Origin: Octopus vulgaris
Lineage: Eukaryota
Direction of reading: 5' to 3'
Length of the DNA: 64,000 bases
Assembly: GCA_951406725.2 (NCBI GenBank)
Contig: OX597822.1
Location: 47,554,001 to 47,618,000 of the forward strand
The notes below the pieces were generated by a model. The model was given only the letters and a program-made list of their open reading frames with translations. It was not told the origin of the DNA and made no database searches. A program made the translations under genes and the position numbers. Shown piece after piece: positions 61,291-64,000 of this stretch. Position 1 is the stretch's first letter; each line of letters begins with the position of its first letter.

Positions 61291-62824
61291 CCATATTCGA
61301 TGGCATAAAAAACACACGAGAATATTAAGCCTACCCCAATTTCAGTAGCGCATATTCAGAAAGAAACGCTTTTTAGGGCATTAAATTATGTAATATAGGC
61401 CCAAATTCTCATACAGGGCTTGGGGTGAGAAAAGTGCACCTTATATCTACTACATATGTGGAAAATCAGTGTGTGTTTGTTTTTGTGGCGTTATTAGCTA
61501 ACTCCCTCTTACATCGTTTCATTGATTTTGATGACACTTGACACGTGAGTAGAACTCATGTCTAGAAACCTCGTGACATACTTAGATTGTTGAAAAAAAT
61601 CGATAATACAGCCCCTGGAAGGGACCTTTATATCTACCTCATATATATATTTTTTAAACACCCAAGGGAAATAACCCATAGTATCTGCACTTATTTTTAA
61701 ACACTCAAGGGAAATAATCCGTTTCATTACTTTGAATATTGATTTTTTTGTGTGTCCAATTTCTAATTTTTGCAGACGATATCACTTTATTTGACACGTG
61801 TGTAGAATTCATGTCTGTAAACCTCGTGACATACTTAGATTGTTGAAAAAAATCTATAATAGGGCTACTCCAATGGATCCTTCTATCTGCTACATATTAC
61901 TAATATTTTATTTAAACAACCAAAGGGAAATAACCCATACCACCTGCAGTTTTTAGTGAAGCTATCAATATTTGATTATCACAATCAGCCGACCTAATTC
62001 TGCATGTCACTACTCACCGTTTTGAACTGCTAAATTGCACTTCCTTAATTTGAATCTTAAACCTTAAAGACTTCATTCATACATTTCTATACATACATAC
62101 TTTTTTGAATGCCCATTACTCCGATAATTCTGTCTTTTTACAGTTACACTTTTTCCATGATAGTAGATAAATTTTTTATTTCACAGCATATTTGTAGTGG
62201 CTCCATGCAGGCATAGCGTGGATTCGATCCTCGATCGCCAAATTTTATTTAACACTTCAACAGCGCTTTTCTCACTGTAAAACAATAGTTTTTCTGTGAA
62301 TGACAGCAGTTATACATTTCCCAGATGCCTTCGCTAGGCAGAATAATGTCTATGCCGCTTGACCCTTCTAACCTCTTCTAGGCCATCACTGACTGGAATT
62401 GAGATAACAGACCTCCAACGGAATCAAATGTTCTCAAAAATATGTCTATCCTTCTGGCTGCTATTCGGTAGTTATAAAAACAAGAACTCCGTAAGCTAAA
62501 GGCAGTTACTGAGAGCAACCATCAGTGAGTGTGAACGCTATTATTGCACTTTCTTCAAACACTTCATTTATATATTTATATAACCTCTCTCACCAACCTC
62601 CGACAATCTTTCTCGCCAACCTCCGAAAACCTCTCTCGCCAACCTCCAACAATCTCTCCCTCCTTCAGCTGACAGTTTTTTGTACTTTTTCGTGACGGAA
62701 AATACACCTTTTGTGGCAGTTATGACGAAATTGCTTTCTTATTTCAGAGTAATAAGACATTTCAATAGAACATCTTTTACCCCCGGGAATTACCGGGTAC
62801 ACCTGCTAGTACCACCATACACGG
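61291..62824. mobile_element. pogo-type MITE split by a Helitron
   Basis: TA|CCATATTCGATGGCATA left end. Removing 61446-62809 rebuilds AAAAGTGCACCTTATA-TACCACCATACACGG|TA as the right end. Confidence 0.75.
61446..62809 (+). mobile_element. Non-autonomous Helitron
   Basis: A|TCTACTACATATG 5' end; 3' hairpin CCCGGGAATTACCGGG then CTAG at 62806-62809 followed by T. Internal duplication (about 61536-61700 / 61790-61950) and a 22-bp x3 repeat at about 62585-62652. Confidence 0.85.
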
Positions 62825-64000
62825 TAATACTGTCATTGTTAATATATAAATGTATGTATATAATAAAGTGAAATTTCCTTCCCGAGTCATATAGACTCAC
62901 AAGGTTTCCCTGTTTCCATGGTGTATATAATTTCCACCTGGACGGGACGCCGGTCCGTCGCAGGATTACTCATTTTTGCCGGCTGGGTGGACTAGAGCAA
63001 CGTGAAATGAAGTGTTTTTCTCAAGAACACAGCGCATCGCCCGGTCCAAGAATCGAAATCAAAATTTTACGGTCATGAGTCCACGCCCTAACCACTAAGC
63101 CACGCACCTCCATAAGGTATGTATGTATACGTCGCCAAAATATTTGGCAAGATATCATCAGAGAATTATTCGGCGGAATATCACCTGACGAAATGGTGGT
63201 ATGTAATAATACGAACTTACATAATGTTAGCTATAAATTTGCGCAATTGTATTCGTATTTGGAATAAACATGTTATGGAAAAGCACGTAGTGATACCCTG
63301 ATATATCTACATTCGTTTATTCTTGTTGACTAATATTAATGTATTAACATATTTCCTTCTAACTTTGTTATTATAAAATTAGAAATATTGCATTTCTAAA
63401 TCTCTCAGAATGAGTTATGCAATAGCAGCCCGATAAAGTGATGGTTTGTTGCCAATTTAATGTAGCAGTCCCAGGAAAGAGAAGAATGCTACTGCTATTT
63501 AGCCCCCAAGAAACACCGTTTCTAGTTGGCTACGTGACACAAGCGTTCTGTGTCCTTAGGTTTTCAAACAGAGGAGATAAGCACCTCCACCCAACAAAGC
63601 TAAGTTTGATAAAATACTGTATGTACAGGCAATGCTATTTGCAAAGTCTTTTTGCTCAATTTCTTTTTTAGTTTTTTACATTTTCCACTCCATTTTACCT
63701 AACTTGATCCATCTATACTTTCTCCTTTTAACGCCCACAACTGATCCATATCTGCACGTATTTCTCTCTACTAATAAGACCTACTGTATTTTCCGGTATA
63801 CATGTCGAATTTTTCAGACAAGCATTTGCAGTAAAAAACAGCAGGTCGACTTATACCCCTTCCATGTGAAATGGGGCAAGATTTGGAAAGACACTGGCGA
63901 TGTTTGAATGTTTACACTATATACCATGTCGGCTTGTTTGCTGGAAAATACAGTATCTCTTCTCCTCTATATCACCAATCTATATTTTCCTCTACCATTT

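Overview
Eukaryotic, AT-rich, extremely repeat-dense genomic DNA. It is most likely an octopus-type cephalopod, inferred from the SINE families, the (AAT)n/(ATAC)n/(AC)n microsatellite load and a C2H2 zinc-finger relic; I could not verify this by search. Nearly all ORFs in the track are microsatellite or SINE artefacts. Real coding signal is mostly decayed transposons: an internally deleted Helitron with a frameshifted PIF1-type helicase (about 23.66-27.80 kb), a second non-autonomous Helitron nested in a pogo-type MITE (61.4-62.8 kb), four R4/Dong-like RT/RLE fragments at (TAA)n tracts, RTE, CR1-like and L1/Tx1-like LINE fragments, MULE, pogo and Tc1/mariner relics, and several MITEs with clear TSDs. 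A probable minus-strand host gene missed by the ORF track has three tiny phase-compatible exons (15675-15659, 14380-14337, 790-718) around a 13.5-kb intron, and may continue off the left edge. Repeat copies in that intron look CpG-eroded compared with copies outside it, as gene-body methylation would predict. Other notable items are Penelope-type minimal hammerhead ribozyme motifs (51.9 and 53.3 kb), a palindrome-containing higher-order array inside an RTE-derived element (12.5-13.0 kb) and a CpG-rich motif cluster with a perfect splice donor (49.6-50.15 kb). No rRNA, true tRNA or CRISPR locus is supported, and I found no single clearly novel multi-gene system.
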